From: Symploca sp. SIO3C6
GTDB lineage: Bacteria > Cyanobacteriota > Cyanobacteriia > Cyanobacteriales > Coleofasciculaceae
Reading direction: 5' to 3'
Assembly: GCA_010692425.1 (NCBI GenBank)
Contig: JAAHHJ010000006.1
Span: forward strand, 194,250 to 258,249
Length of the DNA: 64,000 bases
Shown: positions 54,364-64,000 of the stretch, piece after piece
How positions within the stretch are numbered: position 1 is the first letter of the stretch
How the letters are laid out: each line of letters starts with the position of its first letter
Position numbers and translations under genes: made by a program
The notes under the pieces: model-generated
Database searches by the model: none
What the model saw: the letters and a program-made list of their open reading frames with translations, nothing else
What the model was told of the DNA's origin: nothing

Positions 54364-54562
54364 GGATAAACTCCTTGTAAATGAATTGAATAATGAACTT
54401 GTTAGTTAGTAAGTGACAATTCACGTTCTAGAAAGTGAATTTTGTGCAACCTCTTAAGCTGGTACACATTTAGTTTGCATATCTTGGGAAAACTTCAATA
54501 GAAGTACTCAAGCCCTGCTCCCAGAGCAGCTTTAACATGCAAATTAGACCTGTAGCAACTTA

Positions 54563-55135
54563 CTAGTTACCGCCTTCTTCTTCTTTTTTGGCAGCAAGGG
54601 CTTGGAAACTGCGACCAAGTGAAGCTGGAATTTCATTAATACTGCGACCAAGTGAAGACGGTACTTCATTAATGCTGACAGCAAGTTTGGTCGCCAGAGA
54701 ATTAATTGCACCAGCAACTTGGGCAATTAATTCTTCCTTCGATGGCAAATCGGCAATTGCCTTGACTTGTTCTTGATTCAAGGCTCGGCCTTGCATCACG
54801 CCACCGCGGAATTCAGTCTTCTTCGTGGCTTTCTGGAAATCTTGGTAAGCCCTGATAGCACCACCAATATCGTCTTTAACCAGCACGAAGGCTGAAGAAC
54901 CAGCAAGAAATTCCGTCATTGCTTGCCACTCTTCTTCCCCGTCAACGGCACGGCGCATCAAGGTGTTTTTAGTAACCTTGCAAATGCTGCCTGTTGGACG
55001 CAAACGATTCCGCAAGTCAGTAATCTCAGCAACACTCAGCCCTTGATAGTCAATGACAATAGCTAGCTGAGACTCACTCAAATCTTGCTTGAGCTCAGCC
55101 ACAACTTCCTGTTTGTTTTCCAGTGTTCTACCCAT
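54563..55135 (-). CDS. rplJ: 50S ribosomal protein L10 with a duplicated C-terminal helix segment
   Basis: 190 aa. N-terminus typical of L10; C-terminus has a 33-bp/11-aa direct repeat (SINEVPSSLGR/SINEIPASLGR) at 54611..54676. Confidence 0.9.
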   Translation of the reverse strand: MGRTLENKQEVVAELKQDLSESQLAIVIDYQGLSVAEITDLRNRLRPTGSICKVTKNTLMRRAVDGEEEWQAMTEFLAGSSAFVLVKDDIGGAIRAYQDFQKATKKTEFRGGVMQGRALNQEQVKAIADLPSKEELIAQVAGAINSLATKLAVSINEVPSSLGRSINEIPASLGRSFQALAAKKEEEGGN

Positions 55136-55309
55136 TCTTAAATCTCACCTCCTTAGTCGAGTAAATATAGCGATTTGCAATTGGGTGTAATACAAGTTTC
55201 CTCCCGCCTCCCTCCCCCTGCCTCCTTATCCAGGATTTGTGTATTTCACCAAGATGAAAACTGCAATAGTCTTTTGCTGTTGATTAACCCTCAATATCCG
55301 CTGAGCAGC

Positions 55310-55345
55310 TAAAACAAAACCCCGGAGACTATGCCGGGGTTGCAC
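55310..55345 (-). promoter_or_regulatory. Hairpin plus U-run in the 415-nt rplJ leader (candidate attenuator / L10 autoregulatory leader)
   Basis: Minus strand: AACCCCGG-catagtct-CCGGGGTT followed by TTGTTTT. It lies between rplA and rplJ, where the L10 leader sits in other bacteria. Confidence 0.4.
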
Positions 55346-55550
55346 TTCGTATCTCCAAACCATGACACTCAAGCTTAATGCCAGTGGCAGGGCAGATACT
55401 CAGGGCATTTGACCTCGGCAGGATATTAAGTAATTAAGTAATTTACTCCTGCTGTCTTTGGTACAAGCCTTTGATTACAGCAATGGGACTAATCACATCT
55501 GCTGGTTAGTTTTAGGTTTAGTACTGCTCTTATATCTCTAAAATCTCCAA

Positions 55551-56267
55551 TTAGGCAGCCTCACCAACTTTCATGTCCCGTAGGGCGCTGATATCAACCT
55601 CAATTGCTGGGCCCATGGTCGCAGATACGTATATACTACGCCAAAAACGACCTTTTGCTCCCGAAGGACGGTTGCGATCAATAGTTTCTTGCAAAGCCTT
55701 GAGATTAACTAACAAGTCTTCGGCAGGAAAGGATGCCTTGCCAAACAATACGTGTACGATACCAGTTCGATCTGCCCTAAATTCCCGTTTACCAGCCTTG
55801 ACTTCTTGAATAGCTGCTTCCACATCAAAAGTTACTGTTCCTCCTTTGGGAGAGGGCATTAAACCCCTTGGTCCTAAAAGACGCCCTAGTTTTGCCACCT
55901 GCGGCATCATGTCTGGCGTGGCAATCAAGCGATCAAAATCCATCATTCCTTTTTGGATTTCTTCAATTAAATCTTCGCTGCCAACTACATCGGCACCAGC
56001 ATTACTGGCTTCAGTAACCTTTTCCCCTCTAGCAATTACGGCAATGCGCACGGTTTGACCAGTCCCTTTGGGCAGTGCTACAGTTGTCCGCAACTGTTGA
56101 TCTGTATATTTCGGGTCAATTCCCAAGCGGATATGCACTTCAGCTGATTCGGGAAATTTGGCTGTGGCTGTTTCTTTGAGGAGTTTCAGTGCCTCTAGGG
56201 GTTCGTAGGCTCGTTTTTCGACGTTCTTTTGCAGTTCCTGCAATCGACGTGAGATTTTTTTTACCAT
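55551..56267 (-). CDS. rplA: 50S ribosomal protein L1
   Basis: 238-aa L1 sequence ([12 protein letters not shown]...). Confidence 0.9.
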   Translation of the reverse strand: MVKKISRRLQELQKNVEKRAYEPLEALKLLKETATAKFPESAEVHIRLGIDPKYTDQQLRTTVALPKGTGQTVRIAVIARGEKVTEASNAGADVVGSEDLIEEIQKGMMDFDRLIATPDMMPQVAKLGRLLGPRGLMPSPKGGTVTFDVEAAIQEVKAGKREFRADRTGIVHVLFGKASFPAEDLLVNLKALQETIDRNRPSGAKGRFWRSIYVSATMGPAIEVDISALRDMKVGEAA

Positions 56268-56338
56268 CTTAATAGTCTCCTGGGGTAGTTAGCGAAGCTT
56301 CAACTTCTCCCCCTCTAAGGTTTACTAATACAAAAGTA

Positions 56339-56764
56339 CTAATCAGTAATTGCTACACCCATATTTTTAGCAGTACCTGCCACAATCTTCATTGCCGCCT
56401 CGATATCATTAGCATTAAGATCCGGCATCTTGGTTTGGGCGATTTCTTGAAGTTGGGCGCGAGTAATTGAACCGACTTTCTGTCTGTTAGGTTCGCTTGC
56501 CCCTTTGTCAATACCAGCCGCCTTTTTAATTAATACTGATGCTGGTGGAGTTTTGAGGACAAAGGTAAAACTACGATCCTCAAAAACCGAGATTTCTACT
56601 GGTATTACCATCCCAGCTTGCTCGGAGGTTTTGGCGTTGTACTCTTTGCAAAACGCCATAATATTCACCCCATGTTGACCTAATGCTGGACCAACTGGGG
56701 GAGCTGGGTTCGCTTTACCTGCCGGGAGAGCCAGTTTAATGATTGCAACGACTTTTTTTGCCAT
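56339..56764 (-). CDS. rplK: 50S ribosomal protein L11
   Basis: 141 aa. [29 protein letters not shown]. Confidence 0.9.
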   Translation of the reverse strand: MAKKVVAIIKLALPAGKANPAPPVGPALGQHGVNIMAFCKEYNAKTSEQAGMVIPVEISVFEDRSFTFVLKTPPASVLIKKAAGIDKGASEPNRQKVGSITRAQLQEIAQTKMPDLNANDIEAAMKIVAGTAKNMGVAITD

Positions 56765-56766
56765 TT

Positions 56767-57408
56767 CTAGCTAGTTTTTTCAACCTGATTGAATTCCAAT
56801 TCCACTGGCGTATCTCGCCCAAAAATAGAGAGTAAAGCTTTTAGCTTACTACGTTCAGGGCTAACTTCAATGACCTCTCCCTCGAAATCTTTAAACGGAC
56901 CAGATAGAACCACAATTTTGTCACCTGTTGCCATGTCAACTTTGACAATTGGTTCTTGCTCCTGGGATTGCTTGAAGATTCTCTCTACTTCTCCTGGGCT
57001 CAACGGCATGGGCTTAACATGCCCTCGCCCCCGCCCATAGTGGCGTTTTTGTTCGGCACCAACGAAGTTAATCACATTGGGAGTGTTTTTGACAACCTGC
57101 CAGGCGTTATCGTCCATGACCATTTGGATTAAAACATAGCCTGGGAAGACTTTTTCTTCAGTGTGTTGCCGAGAACCATCTTTGCGAATCTTTACTGTTG
57201 GCGTCTGGGGAATTTGTACTCTTAAAATCCGATCAGCTACATCCAGGGTATGAATACGCTGTTCGAGATTAGCTTTGACCCGCTTTTCGCAGCCAGAAGC
57301 CACCTGAACCGCATACCAACGAGGTTTTGGTCTCTCCTCTAACTCTGGCTCACTATTGTATGGTTCATCTGCTGCAAAACTCATCAGAACACCTGCTTCG
57401 ATAGCCAT
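56767..57408 (-). CDS. nusG: Transcription termination/antitermination factor NusG
   Basis: 213 aa. NGN domain ([15 protein letters not shown]) and KOW ([11 protein letters not shown]). Confidence 0.9.
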   Translation of the reverse strand: MAIEAGVLMSFAADEPYNSEPELEERPKPRWYAVQVASGCEKRVKANLEQRIHTLDVADRILRVQIPQTPTVKIRKDGSRQHTEEKVFPGYVLIQMVMDDNAWQVVKNTPNVINFVGAEQKRHYGRGRGHVKPMPLSPGEVERIFKQSQEQEPIVKVDMATGDKIVVLSGPFKDFEGEVIEVSPERSKLKALLSIFGRDTPVELEFNQVEKTS

Positions 57409-57611
57409 GCAAATAGGTTGTCAACCAAGTAAATTGTAGTTGCAGAAAGTATTACCATCAGTAATACAGCAGCTGATTCGCTAATTAACTGCTGCCGACT
57501 TGGCCAAACTACTTTGCTGAGTTCTTCTTTGGTTTCTTGAAGAAACTTTACTAAGTTAAACCCAGAGGCAGTTTCTTTATTCTCTGCTTCCGCTTTAGTT
57601 TTCTTTGCCAC
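57384..57611 (-). CDS. secE: Preprotein translocase subunit SecE
   Basis: 75 aa, single TM. VVWPSRQQL motif. Overlaps nusG by 25 nt. Confidence 0.85.
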   Translation of the reverse strand: MAKKTKAEAENKETASGFNLVKFLQETKEELSKVVWPSRQQLISESAAVLLMVILSATTIYLVDNLFAWLSKQVF

Positions 57612-57825
57612 AACTTTTCAATTCTCCCATCTACTCAATTCCGGGAGGAGTCCCCCGTTATAGCAGTACGCGGTAAGCGAAGCCATGCCCTCAGGGTTAT
57701 AGCCATACCCTGAGGGTCATTAATCTTCGATTTAAGTGCTACGAACACTGCTCCCCCAATGGAAAGATGAGGGCTTCAGGCTCGGGGATTCTGTAACTTC
57801 CTCTTAGTTTAGCCTTAGTTGAGAG

Positions 57826-57898
57826 CGCGCCCTGGAGGACTTGAACCCCCGACATCAGGTTTTGGAGACCTGCGTTCTACCAACTGAACTAAGAGCGC
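57826..57898 (-). tRNA. tRNA-Trp (anticodon CCA), no encoded 3' CCA
   Basis: GCGCTCTTAGTTCAGTTGGTAGAACGCAGGTCTCCAAAACCTGATGTCGGGGGTTCAAGTCCTCCAGGGCGCG folds into a cloverleaf. It sits in the classical position upstream of secE-nusG. Confidence 0.9.
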
Positions 57899-58014
57899 AC
57901 GTTTTGTATTCGGCGGCAGGTTTGACCCCCTCACTTTATTCATCCTAACGCAATGAGGGCATTATTACCACACCGAAACTTAACTCCTCAAATTTAGCAA
58001 CTACGGCGATAATC

Positions 58015-58380
58015 TTAACGATTACTGCGATCAAAACGCTGTTTAATACGAGTAGCTTTACCGACGCGATCGCGCAGGTAGTAAAGCTTAGCCCGACGCA
58101 CTTTACCTCTACGAACTATTTTAATACTAGCAACTCGAGGGGAATGTAGTAAAAACACCCTCTCCACTCCAACCCCTTGGAAGACGCGACGCACGGTAAT
58201 AGTTTCATTGATACCGCCGTTGCGCATGGCAATCACAGTACCTTCATAGGGCTGTACCCTTTCTTTGCCGCCTTCTCGAATACGCACCCCAACTTTAACG
58301 GTGTCACCAACGTAAATTGCGGGCAATTTTGATTTTAGTTGTTCCGCTTCAATGGAGCGGATAATTTCTTGACCCTTCAT
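58015..58380 (-). CDS. rplS: 50S ribosomal protein L19
   Basis: 121 aa. ...[26 protein letters not shown]...[11 protein letters not shown]. Confidence 0.9.
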   Translation of the reverse strand: MKGQEIIRSIEAEQLKSKLPAIYVGDTVKVGVRIREGGKERVQPYEGTVIAMRNGGINETITVRRVFQGVGVERVFLLHSPRVASIKIVRRGKVRRAKLYYLRDRVGKATRIKQRFDRSNR

Positions 58381-58575
58381 TGATTTTTTAAAATCCCAGC
58401 CTCCAATTATACCTCTATTAACGCCATCAAGTCTAGATTGTTTGACTAAAAATCGGCGGCAATTTCATCCCTAGTCAAGTGGGGAGGAAAGTTAGCCGCC
58501 GATTTGTTCATTATTGATAGTTCACGGTTCATTGGCCTATGAACTATGAGCCATGAACTATGAACCATGAACCAT

Positions 58576-60372
58576 CTAGAACTTGAAGGTGGTACGGATT
58601 ACTCCCACCCAAATTTCCTGGTTGTCGTCATTGTGATTGGGGTCAAAAATCACATAGGCACCTGGTGTAATTAGGATATTGTCGTTGAGGGGATATTTGT
58701 AAACAGCCTCTACGATGAAAGAGGTATCTTCGTCGTCATCTCCTCCGTCTAGATCAGTAACCTTAGGAGGCATACCACCAGCAAAAGCTAATACAGCACC
58801 TTCTTTCCCGAGATCACTGAAAGCTATGCGCCCTGCAAAGTTCCAAATATCAGCCTCATCGCCATCTGTGGCACCTGATTCAGATTCTGCTAGCAACAGA
58901 CCACCCCAACCACCAATACTAATGGTTTCGGTTACTTTGAAGTCACCCTGTATCCCGAAGCGCCAGGCTGAGGTAGCATCACCGTCAAAGGGATCTTTTG
59001 CCAGAGGACTACCAGTACTACCCGAAAGATCAACTTCACCTCCTGGATAGTAGGAATAACCGGCGGCAAAACCTAAACTTAGAGCATCGAAGGGTTGAAA
59101 ATTAACCTGACCAATGGCAGTGTACTCTCCGTTGAATATCCCATCTTTATCTGAGGGGCTGTTGCCGTCATCAACAAAGTAACCTAGATCAATACCCAGT
59201 GCCTCGCTTAAGTTGACGTTGACACCAACTCCCTGATTTGAACTGTTCCGGTAGATTGCAGGGTTGCGTCGATTAAAACGGCTCAGGAAACCTGTGCCAC
59301 TACTTTGCAACAAGGGGTTGTGAGTATTTGCCACGTCGTTGAAATCAAAGCCATTGGCACCAACCCAGAACCTGAGTTTATCTCCAAAGGGGAAGCGGTA
59401 GGTGATGTCATTGATTGTTACATCGTTACCGCCAGTTGCCTCAAACCCCAAGCGAGCCGTTTCTGTACCGGTGGCTTCATCCAGCTCTGGGGTATTGCCA
59501 GCCTGTAGGCGGACTCTCAGACGGTCTTTACCAGTGAAGCTGGCATCAAAGTTGAGACGAACCCGGTCACTAAAGGTAATTTCGTCATCGGGATCGTCAC
59601 GGTCATCTTCATCTAATCCCAGCTGATCAGCCCTGGAATCTCCAAAAGCGCCAGCTACAGCAAAGATCGCTTCTCCTCTGAGTTTAGTGGTTGTGGAGAA
59701 CTGATGGTCTTCCAAAAATGCCACACGACCTTCTAGGTTATCTACCCTTGTACCTAGAGTAGCTAGCTCAGCTTCAAACTCAGCGATTAAACGCTCCAGA
59801 GTAGCTAATTCTTCGGGATCAATCCCAGCGCCGCCTTCAATTAGGCGTACAATCTGGTCTAAGCAGGCATTCAAACCAGCTGCAAATTCATAGCGGGTAG
59901 TGGGGCGGTTGCCACGATAGGTGCCATCAGGATATCCAGCAATACAGCCGTAGCGTTCAACTAAAGAGCGCAAAGCTTCATAGGCCCAGTCCCCAGGAGA
60001 AACGTCCCGCAGCTGAGAAACGTTAGTAACTTGGTCAAGGCTTTCTGTGCCTAGGACTTCTTGGTTGTAGAGATCAATTTGCTCTAACATCTCGGCAGAC
60101 TCAGCAGTAGTCGTTTCAGTTGGTGCCTGCTGAGCCAATTCAAAACTAGGGCTGAATTCTACCGCAGCAGAAGTTCCCTCAACTTTTGCCTGAGGTAGGT
60201 TAGTTAAGTAATTAACACCAGTTTCTCTCGATGCTGTTGCTTCGCTAGTTGTGGTATTTGCCGTTTGCTCGGGAACTCCACCAGAAGCATAGGCGCTGCT
60301 AGCAACTAGTAAAGAAGCGCCCAGAAGAGCCGGACTGACTTTTAGGGTATTCCAGAAAATTTTTGACATCAT
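58576..60372 (-). CDS. SLH-domain outer-membrane porin (OprB-like carbohydrate-selective beta-barrel; Som-type)
   Basis: 598 aa. Signal peptide, SLH domain (VSPGDWAYEALRSLVERYGCIAGYPDGTYRGNRPTTRYEFAAGL), coiled-coil, then an aromatic/Gly-rich beta-barrel ending ...TTFKF. Confidence 0.8.
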   Translation of the reverse strand: MMSKIFWNTLKVSPALLGASLLVASSAYASGGVPEQTANTTTSEATASRETGVNYLTNLPQAKVEGTSAAVEFSPSFELAQQAPTETTTAESAEMLEQIDLYNQEVLGTESLDQVTNVSQLRDVSPGDWAYEALRSLVERYGCIAGYPDGTYRGNRPTTRYEFAAGLNACLDQIVRLIEGGAGIDPEELATLERLIAEFEAELATLGTRVDNLEGRVAFLEDHQFSTTTKLRGEAIFAVAGAFGDSRADQLGLDEDDRDDPDDEITFSDRVRLNFDASFTGKDRLRVRLQAGNTPELDEATGTETARLGFEATGGNDVTINDITYRFPFGDKLRFWVGANGFDFNDVANTHNPLLQSSGTGFLSRFNRRNPAIYRNSSNQGVGVNVNLSEALGIDLGYFVDDGNSPSDKDGIFNGEYTAIGQVNFQPFDALSLGFAAGYSYYPGGEVDLSGSTGSPLAKDPFDGDATSAWRFGIQGDFKVTETISIGGWGGLLLAESESGATDGDEADIWNFAGRIAFSDLGKEGAVLAFAGGMPPKVTDLDGGDDDEDTSFIVEAVYKYPLNDNILITPGAYVIFDPNHNDDNQEIWVGVIRTTFKF

Positions 60373-60849
60373 CCTTGATAATCCTCACACCTGAGCGAAT
60401 CTGATACAACGTGCCAAGTCTGTCTAATCAGCAAAAGTGTTCCCGATCTGGTTAAAGTCTATAGGAGTACACTCTTGACTCAGTGATACCATCTTTAATC
60501 AATCCTACAACTTAAACTTTTGAAAAGACACCCAGCTTGACAAAATTTAAGTAGTGAAGTATGAGATGGTAGTAAATTTATCGTGGTAATTTTATCGGAA
60601 TTAATATGGTTCAAATACCCCACCGTCACTTGCGGTGTATAAAATTGGTTGGGGTTAAATCCCTATCGAGATTTCCGCGAGGGCAGGAGCGACCATAATC
60701 CTTAAGGTTTGGTCGTAGGGGAATTGCGGCCAGGGTGTGGCGCACCTATACTGATTTACCGGGGGAGAACGTCACTTCTACACTCCGCCCCCTACAATGA
60801 AGGAAGATTCTTGCCTAGAAGGACGGGGCTTGAAAGCCTTTATTTTTAG

Positions 60850-61518
60850 TTAATTACTATAGCCAGTAACAATGTAGGTTACTCTTTTACCAATATTGGT
60901 AGCATGGTCAGCCATCCTTTCGAGGTGTCTAATTGCCAAGCCTAGCAGTAGAATTGGCTCAACCACCCCTTCAAAATCTCGCTCTTGGGCAAGAGTTTGG
61001 TAAACTCTGTCATAAGCTGAATCTACTTGGTCATCAAGTAGGTTGATGTTGCAGCCAGCGTTGGCATCAAGGTCTCCTAGTGCTGATAAACTTGCCGCTA
61101 ACATCGCTTGGGCTTGATTAGACATTACCTCAATCTCGGGCAAGCAAACATGGGGCTGGTAGGGGAAAAGTTTGACGGCAATCTCAGCCAAGTCTTCTGC
61201 ATAATCACCAATGCGCTCTAAGTCTCGCACTAGTTGTAAAAAGGCACTGATGACGCGCAGATCTTGAGCTGCCGGCGTTTGCAGAGCTAGTAGTGTGGTG
61301 CATTCTAATTCAATTTTACGATAGTAGCGGTCTATTTTTTCATCTAGTAAAACTATCTCATGGGCTGTCTCTAGCTTGCGTTCAAACAAGGCTTGGTGGC
61401 TCAGACGAAATGAGCTTTCTACCAAGGCTCCCATGCGCAGTACATTTTGCTCTAAGCGCCTGAGTAAGCGTTGGAAGTGGGTAAGTTCTGAGTTACTCCG
61501 AGGAAAATACAGTTTCAC
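60850..61518 (-). CDS. phoU: Phosphate signalling complex protein PhoU
   Basis: 222 aa. Two PhoU repeats with E/D-x-x-x-D metal motifs (DLERIGDYAEDLAE; HLERMADHATNIGKR). Confidence 0.85.
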   Translation of the reverse strand: MKLYFPRSNSELTHFQRLLRRLEQNVLRMGALVESSFRLSHQALFERKLETAHEIVLLDEKIDRYYRKIELECTTLLALQTPAAQDLRVISAFLQLVRDLERIGDYAEDLAEIAVKLFPYQPHVCLPEIEVMSNQAQAMLAASLSALGDLDANAGCNINLLDDQVDSAYDRVYQTLAQERDFEGVVEPILLLGLAIRHLERMADHATNIGKRVTYIVTGYSN

Positions 61519-61580
61519 CTCACCTACACCAGTACTAAGTGTTTGATCTCTAACGATAACAAATGTAAGTAAAATATTGG

Positions 61581-62969
61581 TTAATTTTTGCAGTAAGGGA
61601 GTTTAATTTGCAACCAAGCACCTCCAGTTTGCGGGTGGTTTCTGGCAATGATTTCGCCGTTGTGAGCCTGAATAATCTGTTGCACAATTGACAGGCCTAG
61701 ACCACTGCCGCTACTGCTTCGGGTATTTTTTAGATCCTTAAGGGCATTGTTGGGCTGTTGCCGCGAAGTGTCTCCACGATAGAGTCGCTCGAAAACATAG
61801 GGTAGGTCTGAGCCGGAGAAACCATCACCTGAATCAATGATATCAATTTGAATGCTAGTGTAATCGCTGGTAATTTTCTTTTCTCTATAAAGCTGAGTTT
61901 CTCCAGCAGATGTGTTTTGGTTTTGATTGTTGCTAGCAGCTTCAGGTAAAGATTTGAGATTATCTCTCAACAGTTGAATTACCTCAACCCTAATTTCTGA
62001 GCAGGGTGGGCTATGCTTGATACTGTTATCAAATAAATTGAGAAAAACTTGAGTAAGGCGGGTCTCATCTGCATTAACCCAAATAATTTCTGGTTCGCAA
62101 TAGACAAGAGATATTTGTTTGGAGTGCGCTAGGGGTTCTAAAGTTTGCCAAGCTGACTTAATTAGATAATCTAGGGTTATGGTTTTAGCTCTGATCACGT
62201 TGCTGGGGTCTTGCTCCATCTGGGTTAACTCCAGCCACTCTGCCACTAGATTAGCAAGTCGGTCAGTTTCTAAGATCATGCGCTCACACCATTGTTTTGA
62301 TGTAGGTTCGAGACGCTCCTGCAAGGCTTCAAGTACTAAGCGTATTGAGGTTAGGGGAGTTCTGAGTTCGTGGGCTAAATCAGAAACCCAACGATTGCGA
62401 GCTGCTGTAACTTCCACCAGCGGTTGCAGATTCTCTATAAAAATAGCTACTTGATTTTCTCCAACAGGAAAAGAAGATGCCTTCAAGCTTAGTGATTGTC
62501 TGGCGGCAATTGCCGCCCCCTCACTGTAGACAGGATAAAATACCCACTGGCGTTGGCAAGGCTGCTGTTTAAGGTGGGTTTGCTCAACTAGACGATCAAG
62601 TTCGTAGGAACGCACTACCTCCAACAGCAAACGCAATTTACCCTGCTCCCAGCCCTGAATATTTAATAACTGCTGTGCCTGTTGATTACACCAGAGCAAT
62701 TGATGTTCTGCGTCTACAAGCAAGTACCCCAATGGCATTTCCTTGAGTAACTGTTGCTGGCTTTGCAGTTCTAACTTTTGGGCTTGGCTTTGCCGAATCA
62801 GTTGACTGAATTTCCGTTGCAAGCGAATCATCACTGGCATGGAAACCACGCCGTCATCATCAGGTAACGAACCCAAGAGCTTCTTCAACTGGCGATGCCA
62901 TTGGCGCTGTTGCCAGAGCCAAAAACTAATACCTAGAGCTAGACCTATTAAAAATGCTAGGAGGGTCAT
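61581..62969 (-). CDS. sphS: Pho-regulon sensor histidine kinase (SphS/PhoR-like)
   Basis: 462 aa. N-terminal TM, PAS-like region, H-box LAHELRTPLTSI, N/G boxes (NLFDNSIKHS, GSGLGLSIV). Adjacent to phoU and an OmpR-family regulator. Confidence 0.8.
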   Translation of the reverse strand: MTLLAFLIGLALGISFWLWQQRQWHRQLKKLLGSLPDDDGVVSMPVMIRLQRKFSQLIRQSQAQKLELQSQQQLLKEMPLGYLLVDAEHQLLWCNQQAQQLLNIQGWEQGKLRLLLEVVRSYELDRLVEQTHLKQQPCQRQWVFYPVYSEGAAIAARQSLSLKASSFPVGENQVAIFIENLQPLVEVTAARNRWVSDLAHELRTPLTSIRLVLEALQERLEPTSKQWCERMILETDRLANLVAEWLELTQMEQDPSNVIRAKTITLDYLIKSAWQTLEPLAHSKQISLVYCEPEIIWVNADETRLTQVFLNLFDNSIKHSPPCSEIRVEVIQLLRDNLKSLPEAASNNQNQNTSAGETQLYREKKITSDYTSIQIDIIDSGDGFSGSDLPYVFERLYRGDTSRQQPNNALKDLKNTRSSSGSGLGLSIVQQIIQAHNGEIIARNHPQTGGAWLQIKLPYCKN

Positions 62970-63068
62970 TCACTAGAAAGTAAGCGAGTTGAAGATTAGC
63001 AAGTCGTAATTTGATAAATGCTAACACCTCAACTTTATCTTGACTTTCTAATTGCTAACCCCCATTCT

Positions 63069-63821
63069 TTACCCAAATCGGTAACCAAAACCTCTAACTG
63101 TAATTAGGTATTCTGGCTGACTAGGGTCTTGCTCAAGTTTTTCCCGTAGCCAGCGAATATGAACATCTACTGTTTTGGTATCTCCCAAAAAATCTGGTCC
63201 CCACACCCTGTCAATTAACTGTTCCCTAGACCAAACCCGGCGAGGATGACTGATAAATAATTCTAAAAGCCGAAATTCTTTGGGAGAAAGACTTACCTCC
63301 TTGCCTCGGACAGTGACGCGGCACTCTTGGGGATAGAGAGTAATATCCCGTGCTTGCAAAACCGAACTTTGGGGCAAACTGCAAAAACGCTGACGACGCA
63401 ATAGGGCACGGCAGCGGGCAATTAGCTCCCGCATACTGAAAGGCTTAGTGATGTAGTCATCAGCACCTACTTCTAAGCCTAAAACGCGATCAGTTTCCGA
63501 ACTTTTGGCACTGACGATTAAAATTGGGACGTGATTAGCCTGATAGCGTAACAGACGACACAGATCTAAGCCATTAATCTGCGGCAGCATTAAATCAAGG
63601 ATCAGCAGGCTATAGGGGAATTCTACTTCGGGAAGTTCTGCTTCTTGAAGAAGACTCAGAGCCGTGCGTCCATCTCCAGCAGTTACCACTTCATAGCCTT
63701 CCCCCTCAAGGGCTAAGACAAGCATTTCCCGAATCAAATCTTCGTCTTCCACAACTAGAACGCGCGTCGCTTGTGCTAGTTCTGGGTTGGAATGACTCTT
63801 TGGTCTATCGAGAGAAAGCAT
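63069..63821 (-). CDS. sphR: Pho-regulon response regulator (SphR/PhoB, OmpR family)
   Basis: 250 aa. Receiver domain (VLVVEDEDLIREML...DLMLP...K) and winged-helix domain (LSPKEFRLLELF...ITVRGFGYRFG). Confidence 0.85.
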   Translation of the reverse strand: MLSLDRPKSHSNPELAQATRVLVVEDEDLIREMLVLALEGEGYEVVTAGDGRTALSLLQEAELPEVEFPYSLLILDLMLPQINGLDLCRLLRYQANHVPILIVSAKSSETDRVLGLEVGADDYITKPFSMRELIARCRALLRRQRFCSLPQSSVLQARDITLYPQECRVTVRGKEVSLSPKEFRLLELFISHPRRVWSREQLIDRVWGPDFLGDTKTVDVHIRWLREKLEQDPSQPEYLITVRGFGYRFG

Positions 63822-64000
63822 AAAAATCTAAGAAACCAATTATTTAAGGTTCTATGCCCAGGTATACAACAAAAATACCTCCTTGGACGGAGAAAAAAAA
63901 TCTTAAGGGTATATCTCATGTTAAAACTTTTCCCCAGCTTACATCAAAACTTTTTGAAGATTGAGTAGGTTTTTCTTGACTAGCCCGGATATATTAAACG

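Noticed and set aside
53939-54409. 156-aa and 125-aa plus-strand ORFs
   Set aside because: They are antisense to the clearly conserved rplL gene and have low-complexity Ala/Ser-rich translations.
58715-59626. Plus-strand ORFs inside the SLH-porin gene
   Set aside because: They are antisense to a gene with clear signal peptide, SLH and beta-barrel features.

Overview
This is a 64 kb chromosomal segment that reads as a filamentous, probably heterocyst-forming, cyanobacterium, possibly Nostocales. The evidence is heptanucleotide STRR-like tandem repeats, a tRNA-Leu(UAA) with a group I intron, the ndhL-DUF3007-trpA and petC-petA syntenies, SLH-domain porins and an SphS/SphR/PhoU set. The gene content is mostly housekeeping: alaS (partial), ribBA, argC, eno, gloA, folD, crtE, petCA, trpA, rpiA, rsmG, rplS, tRNA-Trp-secE-nusG-rplK-rplA-rplJ-rplL and tRNA-fMet. 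Several accessory or poorly characterised loci are interleaved. The first is a same-strand NfeD-like gene followed by two paralogous flotillin genes, a DUF29 gene and a dual-specificity phosphatase gene. The second is a tandemly triplicated small HTH gene array with a co-duplicated, partly truncated partner ORF. Others are a membrane-anchored P-loop GTPase with a DUF697-like tail, a PgpH-like 7TM-HD hydrolase, and an SLH protein carrying near-perfect 48-bp tandem repeats next to a Ser/Thr kinase. A 2.4 kb non-coding stretch holds the intron-containing tRNA-Leu between ~95-bp direct repeats. I found no transposase, integrase or CRISPR array. All calls rest on reading the six-frame translations and the DNA by eye; no database search was possible.
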